Source of the DNA: Escherichia phage rV5_ev147
Length of the DNA stretch: 64,000 nucleotides
Reading direction: 5' to 3' (one strand)
Sequence record: LR597647
In this document: in pieces, positions 37,154 to 46,718 of the stretch
Layout of the letters: each line of letters starts with the position of its first letter
Numbering within the stretch: position 1 is the first letter of the stretch
Notes under the pieces: model-generated
What the model saw: the letters and a program-made list of their open reading frames with translations, nothing else
Told to the model about the DNA's origin: nothing
Databases searched by the model: none
Translations under genes and position numbers: made by a program

Positions 37154-37405
37154 ATGACGAAGATTGACTTGAATGCTGGTGATCATGTTGTTGTCAAATG
37201 CGTTGGAGATTATCTTGGATTCACAATCGGCAATACTTACGAGGCGGTAGTGGCGAAGGTTTATCATGATAAAGTCCTCAGTCTTGTATTTGACTGTGAT
37301 GATGACGGAGATGACCGTTACGTCTGTGAGGTGCTGGCTCGTGACGATAGTGAAGACCAGAAATTCCTGGTTATTGAACTGAACGGTATTTTTGTAGAAC
37401 GTTAA
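37154..37405 (+). CDS. Hypothetical acidic protein
   Basis: Start refined to ATG 37154 after AAGGAG. Confidence 0.4.
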   Translation: MTKIDLNAGDHVVVKCVGDYLGFTIGNTYEAVVAKVYHDKVLSLVFDCDDDGDDRYVCEVLARDDSEDQKFLVIELNGIFVER

Positions 37406-37433
37406 TTTAAAACAACATAAGGAGACTCTTACT

Positions 37434-37739
37434 ATGGCTAAATCTAAAGTTGAACTGTTCACCTCTCTTCCTTCTGACACTGCAGAACGTGATCGCCTTC
37501 GCAAAACAATTGAAGAACTGGTGGAACTCCAGCTTCAGATTAAAGATTTGAAAGATGCCATCAAGGATATCATTCTTGTTGAGAAGCAGGATCATCTGTA
37601 TTCTCCTAAATTCATCAAATCTTTGGTGGCTACAGAGTTTGATATCCGCTACGAAGCTGAAAAACGTCGCGCTAAGATTGAAGAAGAGGTTGAGCACATG
37701 TCTGAGGCAGACATTCTGTTCAAACGCTCTGTAGAATAA
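37434..37739 (+). CDS. Hypothetical coiled-coil protein
   Basis: AAGGAGA SD; charged heptad-like sequence. Confidence 0.45.
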   Translation: MAKSKVELFTSLPSDTAERDRLRKTIEELVELQLQIKDLKDAIKDIILVEKQDHLYSPKFIKSLVATEFDIRYEAEKRRAKIEEEVEHMSEADILFKRSVE

Positions 37740-37745
37740 TATGGC

Positions 37746-37776
37746 AGAGGGGCTACGGCCCCTCTTTCACTATTTG
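37746..37776 (+). terminator. Rho-independent terminator
   Basis: AGAGGGGC-tac-GGCCCCTCT followed by TTCACTATTT. Confidence 0.5.
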
Positions 37777-37791
37777 CAAAAGGAACCAGCT

Positions 37792-38118
37792 ATGAGAATG
37801 CCAATCACTGTGAAAGAGCTAAATGAACGTGATGCAGGTGGTCTATGGCCTGCACGAAAAATCCGCTACGTCTATATGAAAGAGAATCTTGAACATCTTG
37901 ATCAACAGATCAAGGTCGGTGATATTTTCGAGGTCTTCTATTCCAATCGTCGCAACTGGGAAACCATTCAGCCTTCTGGTTTTGTTCTTGCCAAACTTGA
38001 CACTGGAGAAGTGATTATTCCTGGGTTGGATATTGTCTTCAAAATTATCCAGGAGTGGGATCCGGATAAGATTAGATATGAAGAGTTATTCGGTGAAGGT
38101 ATTATCAAACCTGTGTGA
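37792..38118 (+). CDS. Hypothetical protein
   Basis: Start refined to ATG 37792 downstream of the terminator. Confidence 0.4.
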   Translation: MRMPITVKELNERDAGGLWPARKIRYVYMKENLEHLDQQIKVGDIFEVFYSNRRNWETIQPSGFVLAKLDTGEVIIPGLDIVFKIIQEWDPDKIRYEELFGEGIIKPV

Positions 38119-38126
38119 GGTGGATT

Positions 38127-38426
38127 ATGTCTACAAAGGCGGCTAAATACTCCTATATGCCATCAACCTCTGCAGAGGTAGACTTTAGTTTCGATGTGTT
38201 TCCACTGTTTGAGGTGGTTCTGGCATACCCAACAATACTATCTACTCCTGAATCACTTGTACCTGTTAAGTTGCAGAACGCTATGCATTCCATGCACTAC
38301 AACAACAAATGTAGGCACAGATGGTGTCAGGACGAGGAAAAAGATTTGGATAGTTTGAGAGATTTTGACAGTCACCTTTTGACACCTTTCAGCTACTCCA
38401 ACCTTGATAAGCCCTCGTGGGTATAG
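38127..38426 (+). CDS. Hypothetical protein
   Basis: Start refined to ATG 38127 after GAGGTGG. Confidence 0.4.
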   Translation: MSTKAAKYSYMPSTSAEVDFSFDVFPLFEVVLAYPTILSTPESLVPVKLQNAMHSMHYNNKCRHRWCQDEEKDLDSLRDFDSHLLTPFSYSNLDKPSWV

Positions 38427-38450
38427 CAAAATATCAAATTTAAGACACCT

Positions 38451-38479
38451 AGGACGCTCTGTGGCGTCCTTTTCTTTAT
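38451..38479 (+). terminator. Rho-independent terminator
   Basis: AGGACGC-tctgtg-GCGTCCT followed by TTTCTTTAT. Confidence 0.55.
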
Positions 38480-38786
38480 CTGGTGCACGATTGCATACCT
38501 TGGGTAGTTAATCTCATTACAGAGCGTTTAAGAGCTCCCTACAAACAACTCCATATTTCGAGCGTAGCGAGAACGCACGTCCGTTTTGACCCAAATCACC
38601 ATACGCTCGGATTTTAACCAAACCCTCGCGGCGTTTCTGTTGACACATTACCGATCCAGTGATAGTATCCACACATAGTTTGTAGAATATGGAGTACACA
38701 ATGAGAACATTGTCCGAAGTTTTAGTGGTGATCCTGATGATCATTACGTCCATAGCGGCTGTTGCCGGAATACTCACGGGTGGAAC

Positions 38787-38999
38787 ATGATCAACACACA
38801 TGCATCTGAAGAGACATCCGAAGGAGTGACCATCTGTCCCTTGGCCGAGCCGGGGAAAGAGGAAAACTTCGATTCTGAAGATTCTCCATCTCCGTCCCAG
38901 GTAGACCCTGAGGCTGATGACCTGACGTGGGAGGACATCGTAGACATCTGGTTCTCTATTATGCCTGAGCACGAAGAGTTCAGAGGTGGTAGACTATGA
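38787..38999 (+). CDS. Hypothetical acidic protein
   Basis: 70-aa ORF preceded by a 29-codon hydrophobic ORF at 38700-38789. Confidence 0.3.
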   Translation: MINTHASEETSEGVTICPLAEPGKEENFDSEDSPSPSQVDPEADDLTWEDIVDIWFSIMPEHEEFRGGRL

Positions 39000-39120
39000 A
39001 GCACCGAGCCCACACCGGTTCCTCATGCTAAAGCATGGCCTGAAGAGGCAAACGTGTATAATTCCTGTGCATTAGAACGTATAAAACCCTGTTCACACTT
39101 TCATTCCCAGAGGAGATTTT

Positions 39121-39336
39121 ATGAAGATAGAGATATTTGGTGGAGCTGACAACACTCGTGGCCTGATTTACCTTGAATTCGATGAATCATACCTGCCAGA
39201 GGTGTTAAATATAGACTCTGTTGCTGAGGCTTTGGGAGTAAACCCTAAAGAACTCCACTCTTGTGCTGAGATCGATGGTTGGGAAGAGACCATGAACATT
39301 GATTTCAGTGAAGTAGAGGATGAACCGCTGGACTGA
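39121..39336 (+). CDS. Hypothetical small acidic protein
   Basis: MKIEIFGG start, acidic tail; last + strand gene before the non-coding region. Confidence 0.4.
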   Translation: MKIEIFGGADNTRGLIYLEFDESYLPEVLNIDSVAEALGVNPKELHSCAEIDGWEETMNIDFSEVEDEPLD

Positions 39337-39463
39337 CACACAATTAGCTGCCCGGCTAAAGTGCTGGAAGCACCTATAACACATCTTTCAACTAAATTTC
39401 CTACCACCACAATCACTTACCTCCCACACATGACTGTTTGCTTGTTTAGTGAGCAGTCATGCC

Positions 39464-39491
39464 TTGACATTCTTGCCTATCCTGATAAAAT
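39464..39491 (+). promoter_or_regulatory. Sigma70-type promoter with extended -10 and overlapping 8-bp inverted repeat
   Basis: TTGACA (39464-39469), 16-bp spacer, TGaTAAAAT; CATGACTG...CAGTCATG palindrome just upstream; no ORF follows. Confidence 0.45.
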
Positions 39492-39497
39492 TAAGTT

Positions 39498-39775
39498 CTT
39501 CTCTTTTCTTTTACCGAGTAATTCGGGTTTTCTGTTCTCTTCGGTTTGAAGGGGTATAGAGATACACCTGAGTGAACAGGGTGAACAACCGAACCATTAG
39601 CTATGGCATTAGCATGGCGAAGCGGACGGGTGACGAAAGAGGGGCCGGAGGACACCAGTCACTGCCATATGATATATGGGTGATAACCTGAAGAGTCTGA
39701 ATAAGTGTTTAAGTACCAGTCAGAGGAAAAGGTGAATGGTAGCCGAAGGGGGGGAGGGGGGTTTCTTGTATCTTT
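39498..39775 (+). ncRNA. Candidate non-coding RNA ending in a G-rich tract
   Basis: About 280 nt downstream of a good promoter with no ORF; local hairpin CCGAGtaatTCGG; ends GGGGGGGAGGGGGGG + T-run. Confidence 0.25.
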
Positions 39776-40806
39776 AATTTGTATATTATGTATACACTTG
39801 TAAACCAATCTAATCTGAATCTGTTTACCACACAAAGCGGATAGAGACAAATATTGCCTATTAAACTTGAATTATTTATAGAAAATACCACAACACCCCT
39901 TAAGTCTTTGATTTTACACACAAATCCTACAGATATTCAACCTCCATATTTAACATACTTGTAACATATTCCATACTCTACCTGTCTGATCAATTTCCCC
40001 AACTACATTCTCATATTTTCCCTGTCTGTACTACCCCTGCCCCGCCGGGAGTCCCGTCATATCTGGCTTTCCAGCAAATATCACACCCACAAATATCATT
40101 GCCTGAAGAGGGTTTCATCCCATAATACCTGCCTTACCTGAAGAGCGCTTCATACACCACGTAAATTTTTTAATTGACCTCCCCCTGCCCCGCCGGAGAG
40201 GTTGGCTTTTCCCACACAGACCTGAAGAGTCAGCCAGAAATATCTGAATAGGCCCAATTCTACCACGATTTTGACCTGACCTACAGGGAGGCCCGAAGGG
40301 TCTAGCTTTCAGCTAGAGTCCTTGCAGGACCTACAGGAGCGCTGCCAGGCGGACGGAATGGGAATACTTCTCATTCTTATAACAATTCTCAAATATCGAG
40401 GCAGTGAGAGAAATTAATAGGCCAGGCCGTTCACACAGTGGCACAACATTTGCAACCTATTTTGTGTGGATGAATGAGAATACCTATCATTGTGAGAACT
40501 GTTATCATTACGGGCAATTTAACATAATACCCATTATGCGCACCACTGGCGATACATACAAGGATTGATAACATGAGTTACAGTTTACGCATATAACAAT
40601 CATATTTCTTACTATTTGTGTGGGATATAGTTAGCAGCCAATAGATTAGATATTGACCTGCGGACTTCCAACCGTCTAGACGTCTAAACGCCCACACAAC
40701 AAGGATTATACATACATTACTGAATGTAAACAGGACCGCAAAAATGCTACCATACCAGTTTGTAAATTTTTCATGCAGCACTTGACAAAGAGGAGGAAAA
40801 CTTGTC

Positions 40807-40852
40807 TGACATAATGGTGACATAACTGACACGATTGACATAATTGACATGC
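40807..40852. repeat. Five tandem TGACA(T/C)(A/G) boxes at about 10-bp phasing
   Basis: TGACATAA at 40807, 40818, 40836 and variants at 40827, 40845. Confidence 0.7.
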
Positions 40853-40936
40853 CTGACTGTTCACGCTCTCATTATTCCCGCCCTTACTATTCACGCCCTT
40901 TACTGCTTACATTCTTGATAGTCTACATGCTTAATG

Positions 40937-40992
40937 GTTTACATGACTAATAGTTTACATAGCTAACTGTTTACGCATAAACTGTTTACACA
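40937..40992. repeat. Four GTTTAC(A/G) iteron-like repeats at 15-16 bp spacing
   Basis: GTTTACATG 40937, GTTTACATA 40953, GTTTACGCA 40969, GTTTACACA 40984. Confidence 0.7.
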
Positions 40993-41002
40993 GATATGAT
41001 AA

Positions 41003-41302
41003 GCCATGCCATTCGTTTGCATGATAACAATAACGATCAACAACAATAAAGACTGAAATGATAACGTTGTTGATTTGACTGACTAACAATTAACAGGCTA
41101 ATAATCTATGACATAATATAAAAGCAGGGCAACTATTAGCAGATCTATAGTTGCCTTGCTTGTTATGTCATGATTAACTAAATACAAGGCAACTATGATC
41201 TGATTAATAGTTTGCAGACAAACTATCACGGGGGTGATGGTTACTGCTTTTATATTATGTCGCGACTCCGTCGCGCCATGCCATTCGTTTGCATAGTTGC
41301 CT
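41003..41302. repeat. Composite repeat locus: 20-bp direct repeat, 18-bp inverted repeat and GGCAACTAT palindromes
   Basis: GCCATGCCATTCGTTTGCAT at 41003 and 41275; GACATAATATAAAAGCAG (41110) with exact reverse complement at 41244; GGCAACTAT/ATAGTTGCC palindrome at 41128-41155. Confidence 0.75.
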
Positions 41303-41955
41303 TATTGTTACAGATAAAATAATTGTATTGTTAATTATTTCTTATCTTTCTATTAGTCATCTAATGATTCCAGTTAGTATAGTAACGTACAGTAAACATT
41401 AGACGACTAAAGATTTCTCTGATTATGATAACTTGCCGTGACAATTTCAGACTGTTTACGAAAAATGTTGACACCTGAGCTGATTTATGTTATGCAATTT
41501 AAACGAATAATTATTTTATGCAGGTATTGACTATTCTGTTATTCTATGGTCGGAATAAATACTTAGCAGGCTATAGAATGGTGAGCGTACGTAAATTCTG
41601 AGATCTGTCGGCTATAGTTATACTCGATTTTTCACGTAGAACACGCTTTTTGGTTTGTGTAAGTGTATGACTTATAAAGATTTTTAGTTGTTGACAAGAT
41701 ATTGAAGATGTGCATCAGGTTAAATTTTGTGCAATAGCTGCATTACGTGCAATTTTGGAAGGAAAACGGGTAAAAATAGCACCGCTACCACACAATGAAA
41801 GGTTATGCAATAGTTATTTTACATGTATATTTGTACAGTGTGTGGGATTGATGGCTCGTCAATTATTCCACTTGCCAGGTAGGGCCGTTTATGGTAGGGA
41901 GGAAGAGCAGACAAAAAGAAAGGGACCTAAGCCCCTTGATAATTCAGTTAAAAAA

Positions 41956-42375
41956 TTATAATGATTCGTATATTTCAAAAATCCGATTTGCCAGGTCGTT
42001 ACGGTACCGGAATTTTTCATCACGTTTGATCATAAGATCTTTATAGCCGTACTCTTTAAGCACTTCATTAACTTTATGGCGGCACACCTTCATATTATCC
42101 TGAGCGTCACCAATAAACCTGTTGCTATGGTGCATGGCTTTAATTTCTTCTTCCAGGACCAGGGCAACTATGCGGACCGGATCAAGCTGATAGGCGGTAA
42201 CATCCATGCGGCATTGTAAACGGCTTTTTACGTCTGCCACCGGATATACTGCAACCTCTTCCCCGTCAACATTGACAATAATTAGTTTACCATCGATTTC
42301 GAATCCTTTCGCCGCCGGACCGTGACAAAAAGCGTTATCAAAGCTATATGCCGGATTATTAGATTTAATGTTCAT
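41956..42375 (-). CDS. Hypothetical protein
   Basis: 139-aa ORF with minus-strand promoter 42424-42452 and SD upstream. Confidence 0.45.
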   Translation of the reverse strand: MNIKSNNPAYSFDNAFCHGPAAKGFEIDGKLIIVNVDGEEVAVYPVADVKSRLQCRMDVTAYQLDPVRIVALVLEEEIKAMHHSNRFIGDAQDNMKVCRHKVNEVLKEYGYKDLMIKRDEKFRYRNDLANRIFEIYESL

Positions 42376-42423
42376 GGTGTTTTTACCTCTTAGTTAATTT
42401 TCTTACAACTTCCCTTCAAAAAA

Positions 42424-42452
42424 GAATATAGCAAAACTGCCGATCCCTGTCA
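42424..42452 (-). promoter_or_regulatory. Sigma70-type promoter (minus strand)
   Basis: On minus strand TTGACA (42452-42447), 17-bp spacer, TATATT (42429-42424). Confidence 0.5.
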
Positions 42453-42518
42453 ACCAGGGATAGCATAATTTTTATGTGATCAAGGGGCTTTAAGCCCCTG
42501 ACCGTGCACCTTGTTGTA

Positions 42519-42782
42519 TTATTTGTTGCTCATCCAGTTTTCCCAAGCTGCCTGATAATCTGCCTCACTACGGCGGATCTCTTCTTGCTCTTCAAGTCGG
42601 ATCTCTTCTTCCAGGTACCCCAAGATGTCAGCCTTTTTGGTCTGGCGTAGCATCCAGTCATCTTTTTTGCGAGTGAAGATCTTATAAGCTTTCTCGCAAA
42701 CCTCTTTTTTGCTACCTTTCTGGACTTCAAGAACACGATAAGCCATATATTGAACTAATTTGAGCTGATCAAGGCGTTTCAT
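42519..42782 (-). CDS. Hypothetical protein
   Basis: 87-aa ORF; 5' hairpin GGGCCaaaaGGCCC then AAAGAGGAAAAA SD. Confidence 0.45.
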   Translation of the reverse strand: MKRLDQLKLVQYMAYRVLEVQKGSKKEVCEKAYKIFTRKKDDWMLRQTKKADILGYLEEEIRLEEQEEIRRSEADYQAAWENWMSNK

Positions 42783-42844
42783 GATGTTTTTCCTCTTTAT
42801 GTGGTTTTTGTTTAGTGGGCCTTTTGGCCCGTGTCATTATCTTA

Positions 42845-43117
42845 TTACTTACGGCGGCAGAATTCAAGCGTTTTTAATTGATAATCTTCCTCAGCCTGGA
42901 GTACAACCGCCTCGATCATTTCGTTGGCATTGTTGAAGCCATATCCTTTAGCGAATTCATCCGCACCACCTTCGTGATCATGTTCTGCGTTCATCGCTTC
43001 CACGAAATGGAATTCAAGATTATTGAGATAAGGGCTTGATGTTCCGTCCTCTTTTTCGATGAGATCCCAAATAGCATTGAAACGTGATTCAACTTCTTGG
43101 TTAATCCAGCTTAACAT
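42845..43117 (-). CDS. Hypothetical protein
   Basis: Start refined to ATG 43117 (GGAAGAGAGG SD); minus-strand promoter TTGACA-18-TAGCAT at 43202-43173. Confidence 0.45.
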   Translation of the reverse strand: MLSWINQEVESRFNAIWDLIEKEDGTSSPYLNNLEFHFVEAMNAEHDHEGGADEFAKGYGFNNANEMIEAVVLQAEEDYQLKTLEFCRRK

Positions 43118-43329
43118 GGCGTTTTCCTCTCTTCCGGTTGTTGTGTGGGCGCTTTTGCCCCCTTCGAGATAAATGCTACCCCACCACCTGGCAGATGTCA
43201 ACGGTTTTTATAGTTTTTATATAGCAGGCACACCCGGTGATTGTCTCCCCCCGTCGCCAGGTGCCTGCCGTGAAACAAGTATAACAAAAAACAGGACCAT
43301 TGCAAGCCCTGTTTTGTAGTTTATAAGGA

Positions 43330-43521
43330 TTATATTTTTTCGCCTATGTAGTCCGGTCGGTTTTTCTCTGTCATGCGCTTTAGCAATTCTTGCATGTTAC
43401 TTATGGCTTGTAGTGTATCCCCTTCCAGGCTTGAATCGACATAATCAGGATCGTCTATGACCTTTCTATGATTATGATAACGCAGTACCGCCAATACCTT
43501 TCTAACTTGTTCGATATTCAT
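43330..43521 (-). CDS. Hypothetical protein
   Basis: 63-aa ORF. Confidence 0.3.
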   Translation of the reverse strand: MNIEQVRKVLAVLRYHNHRKVIDDPDYVDSSLEGDTLQAISNMQELLKRMTEKNRPDYIGEKI

Positions 43522-43670
43522 TTTTACCGCTCTTTAAAACAAGGTGCCAACCGTTTCCAATAGATCACTGACTACCAGGACAATACCGATCAGTACATAC
43601 CTAACCATAAGGAGAAAGAGCGCCAGCGATCCCGCCACAATCCCCAAGGTGATGATTATCTTTCTCATGG

Positions 43671-43955
43671 TTAACGGTTTACGTAAGTTTTCCCGTTTAC
43701 GGTGATGGGCAGATCCTCCAGGTCTGGATCTTCCTTAAGGTCGCGAGCAAGTTCACCGCACCGGACACCCTCGAATCCGTAGTACTCTGTCGTGCCGTCC
43801 TTAAAAGTTTTAGCGGCAAGGCATAAGCGATAAGTAACCCCGATTCGATTGACGGCATGAATATCCGTTAGATTAACCTCTTTTGCCAGCTCTTTAGCCA
43901 TTACAGGCGCATTAAGTCCAACAACCAGGGCAACCACTGCGATCATCTTTTTCAT
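43671..43955 (-). CDS. Small secreted protein
   Basis: Signal-peptide-like MKKMIAVVALVVGLNAPVMA. Confidence 0.45.
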   Translation of the reverse strand: MKKMIAVVALVVGLNAPVMAKELAKEVNLTDIHAVNRIGVTYRLCLAAKTFKDGTTEYYGFEGVRCGELARDLKEDPDLEDLPITVNGKTYVNR

Positions 43956-44046
43956 TGTGTCTATCCTCTTTCTGCTACGTTTAAGGCGGCGGTAACCGCC
44001 TGTTTATGCTTTGTTGGTTAATTTTCGGGTATCGGTATAAATTAAA

Positions 44047-44262
44047 CTATGCTGTACGCTCAACTATAACAACGGTTTGAGGGATCTCACCTTCCACCAC
44101 TATCAAGGCCTTTTTCTGCGTGATGGATATCTTTGCCCGTTGCAGCGTGGCGGTGAAGTCTTTCATTTCGTCACGTGGTGTTTTAGTGCAATACCAGATC
44201 TCAGGCTTGCCGATCTGTAAGTTGCGTAAAAATTCCGTTTTGCCTGTTTTGTTAGTGATCAT
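44047..44262 (-). CDS. Hypothetical protein
   Basis: 71-aa ORF. Confidence 0.35.
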   Translation of the reverse strand: MITNKTGKTEFLRNLQIGKPEIWYCTKTPRDEMKDFTATLQRAKISITQKKALIVVEGEIPQTVVIVERTA

Positions 44263-44271
44263 TTGCCAACC

Positions 44272-44376
44272 TCACCCGATACCGTTGGAAGACAAGATCA
44301 CATTAGCCATGGTTGCAATCAGGCCAATACCCAGGGCAATAACCAGGATCACCGCATCAATTAATTTCTGTTTCAT
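44272..44376 (-). CDS. Small hydrophobic peptide (34 aa)
   Basis: ATG 44376 after GAGGAAAA SD; MKQKLIDAVILVIALGIGLIATMANVILSSNGIG; below ORF-track cutoff. Confidence 0.35.
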   Translation of the reverse strand: MKQKLIDAVILVIALGIGLIATMANVILSSNGIG

Positions 44377-44466
44377 TTTGTTTTCCTCTTCTTGTTCCAG
44401 GTGGCGGACCATTCCACCGCCTTATGTATTATGCTTTGTAAGATGGTTGTTTGTTTTCAAACTATT

Positions 44467-44646
44467 TTAACGATAATCATCGTACGCTTTATTAACCTGG
44501 CGAATATAACATTCAAAAGCCAGATCAATAGATTTATATTCACGGATATACTCACCATAGGAAACCACATACATTTCTATAGCTTCCTCATATGCGAGGA
44601 GAATAGAATCCAAGCCTACGATCTCAGTCTTTGCAATAATAGCCAT
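44467..44646 (-). CDS. Hypothetical small protein (59 aa)
   Basis: ATG 44646 after AGAGGATAAAAA SD; below ORF-track cutoff. Confidence 0.35.
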   Translation of the reverse strand: MAIIAKTEIVGLDSILLAYEEAIEMYVVSYGEYIREYKSIDLAFECYIRQVNKAYDDYR

Positions 44647-44717
44647 GATTTTTATCCTCTTTGTGGTTGGTGGGGCTTGCCCCTTTGATTTATATACTAC
44701 AGTCTTATATGGTCATG

Positions 44718-44951
44718 TCAACTATTTTCAAAAAATTTTTCTGCTGTGATATTTTTCCCGGTAGGGTTCGCTACTTTCAAAATTTTATCATGCACTGGAC
44801 GCCCAAAAGAATAAGCGCCGTACACAGTACACCAATAATCGCCGTCAGGCTGTACTATTACCGCCGCATAGGGTACGCCTTTTTCGTTTTTGCTGACAAA
44901 ATAGATCACGTTGCCATTAATAGCCTCGGCGCGTTTAATTTGTTCCATCAT
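44718..44951 (-). CDS. Hypothetical protein
   Basis: 77-aa ORF; 5' hairpin GGGGCCgaaaaGGCCCC and AAGAGAGG SD. Confidence 0.45.
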   Translation of the reverse strand: MMEQIKRAEAINGNVIYFVSKNEKGVPYAAVIVQPDGDYWCTVYGAYSFGRPVHDKILKVANPTGKNITAEKFFENS

Positions 44952-45006
44952 GATGATTTGCCTCTCTTTATTTTCATAATTGGGGGCCTTTTCGGCCCCG
45001 CCAGGT

Positions 45007-45291
45007 TTATTTGTTGATAGCGTGCAGCGGGAAAGGTACGCCAGGTTGATAGATAACTTTTACAACCTCATCAGGGCAAAAGAAATTACAAAATTCACCC
45101 TGATAAGCCTCATCCTCTTTTAATTCTTCATCAACATACTGGAAAAAGTAGTCAATGCTTGGATAATCCTGACCGGGATTATATTCAACCATGGTTAATA
45201 ACAATTCTTGATCATTCCGTATGATATGCATACCAGCTTTTAAGTATTTGGCTTCCATTTCTACTACATCGCCAACGGTAACAATAGCCAT
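45007..45291 (-). CDS. Hypothetical protein
   Basis: 94-aa ORF. Confidence 0.4.
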   Translation of the reverse strand: MAIVTVGDVVEMEAKYLKAGMHIIRNDQELLLTMVEYNPGQDYPSIDYFFQYVDEELKEDEAYQGEFCNFFCPDEVVKVIYQPGVPFPLHAINK

Positions 45292-45498
45292 GGTTTTAAC
45301 TCCTATCTATCCGGTTAATGATTGGAGGCCTCACCGCCCCCCCGACACCCTTTATTATCCATATTGTAGGACTTGATGCAAGTACTTCTTTAAAAATTTT
45401 TTAAGCGCCTTGGGGGCCGCTGTAACGCCAAAATAATAAAGGCTATGCAACCGCATAGCCTTTATGTGATTATATCGCTGCAGGCCCTGCCAGGGGCC

Positions 45499-45849
45499 TT
45501 ATTTTGCATTCTTTCCTATATTGCCGCTACGGTACCAGCGTTTACGGTGAAAATGGTAATAATCACCATCGGCATTAAACATCAGATGATTTTCAATAAC
45601 CAGCTTACGAAGGTGGGCCGGATCTTGTTCCATTCTTGCCAGATTCTGGCGGCTGTTACGTAAGCGGATAAATTCCATATTCAGGCCGTTGATTGCAGCA
45701 TGGATGTCAAAGTAACCACCTTTGAGACGTTCACGCATGGAGTTAAGCTCAACACAATATACAGATTTCTCACAAATCAAGGTATTAGCCAGGGCGCGGA
45801 CCTGGGCAAGGGGGTTAAGCTCATTAAGGTAATATAGTTTTACTTTCAT
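45499..45849 (-). CDS. Hypothetical protein
   Basis: 116-aa ORF. Confidence 0.4.
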   Translation of the reverse strand: MKVKLYYLNELNPLAQVRALANTLICEKSVYCVELNSMRERLKGGYFDIHAAINGLNMEFIRLRNSRQNLARMEQDPAHLRKLVIENHLMFNADGDYYHFHRKRWYRSGNIGKNAK

Positions 45850-45866
45850 AAAATCACCTGCTGAAA

Positions 45867-46172
45867 TTAGTTTGAGAAAACATCGTTCACAATAGCGATC
45901 ACAATGCCGCCCACCTTGTCACGGTCAACAATGCACAAATCACCATAGATCATGTGGTAGTCTGGATGATCTTTCACGGAATAATCAATGAGTGTTTTCT
46001 TGTCATCCAGCTTACTAACTTCCATTCTCATAACGATATGAGAATCATCAAAGGCATTATTCCGAAAAGTCATAACCTGACCGCCAGGGCACCCGGTGAT
46101 TTCCACCTCCACGCCGTCTACGATCTGACCATCAAAGAAATAAAGATTATTAGCCTGGATAAACATGATCAT
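45867..46172 (-). CDS. Hypothetical protein
   Basis: Start refined to ATG 46172 after AAGGAG; driven by 44-bp repeat copy 1. Confidence 0.4.
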   Translation of the reverse strand: MIMFIQANNLYFFDGQIVDGVEVEITGCPGGQVMTFRNNAFDDSHIVMRMEVSKLDDKKTLIDYSVKDHPDYHMIYGDLCIVDRDKVGGIVIAIVNDVFSN

Positions 46173-46210
46173 TACTCCTTTTTGCACTGATTATTTTAAC
46201 AGGGTTTAAA

Positions 46211-46254
46211 TTTACTTTATTGATGGCCCTGGAGTCAAGGCCATCTAAAAATAA
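46211..46254 (-). promoter_or_regulatory. Conserved 44-bp element copy 1: promoter-like with palindrome around -35
   Basis: Exact 44-mer TTTACTTTATTGATGGCCCTGGAGTCAAGGCCATCTAAAAATAA; on minus strand GATGGCC-TTGACTCCAG-GGCCATC then 18 bp to TAAATT. Confidence 0.5.
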
Positions 46255-46257
46255 ATT

Positions 46258-46458
46258 TTACAGGCCTACAATCTCTTTAATTCGTTTTACTGCTGCCTCA
46301 GCGCCTTGAGGGTAAAAATTATGGTAACCAATCACGCGAGTGATACTAATCGCCGTTTGATGATCTTCATAATCACCTTTAAAGATTTCTTGACCGTCAA
46401 TCAGCACGGCAATTTTTTCTTCTTTTTTGAAGTTAATAACGCGGATATTGTTGCTCAT
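46258..46458 (-). CDS. Hypothetical protein
   Basis: 66-aa ORF; 5' hairpin GGGGAGacaCTCCCC and AAGGAG SD. Confidence 0.4.
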   Translation of the reverse strand: MSNNIRVINFKKEEKIAVLIDGQEIFKGDYEDHQTAISITRVIGYHNFYPQGAEAAVKRIKEIVGL

Positions 46459-46552
46459 TTTGTTTCTCCTTTTGGAACTTTGTCTATGCGGTGGGGAGTG
46501 TCTCCCCGTTGATTGTTATTATCCATATTCTGGATCGGATTGCAACACTCAG

Positions 46553-46594
46553 GGAGAAAAAAATTTGAAAAGTTAGGCCCCAGGGATCGGGGCC
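46553..46594 (-). terminator. Rho-independent terminator (minus strand)
   Basis: On minus strand GGCCCC-gatccct-GGGGCC followed by TAACTTTTCAAATTTTTTT. Confidence 0.5.
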
Positions 46595-46598
46595 GTTA

Positions 46599-46718
46599 TC
46601 AATTACTTACAGCGATAAAATACATCCCTACGCCTAACAATATTTCAAGGGCGATGATCTCAAGCCATACCATAACACGGCGCGCCTTATCGGTGCGGGG
46701 CTTATCCTTGGGTGTCAT
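46599..46718 (-). CDS. Small hydrophobic peptide (39 aa)
   Basis: ATG 46718 after GAGGAAA SD; hydrophobic core; below ORF-track cutoff. Confidence 0.3.
   Translation of the reverse strand: MTPKDKPRTDKARRVMVWLEIIALEILLGVGMYFIAVSN

Noticed and set aside
39340-41700. Possible tRNA gene cluster in the long non-coding region
   Set aside because: Scanned by eye for T-arm GGTTCGAATCC/GTTCRA-type motifs, D-loop GG and cloverleaf-compatible stems and found none; repeats are better explained as iterons and palindromes. A tRNAscan-SE or ARAGORN run would be decisive.
41710-41961. 83-codon plus-strand ORF converging on minus-strand gene 41956-42375
   Set aside because: GTG start with no SD, overlaps the 3' end of a better-supported minus-strand gene; nearby TTGACA motifs have poor -10 partners.
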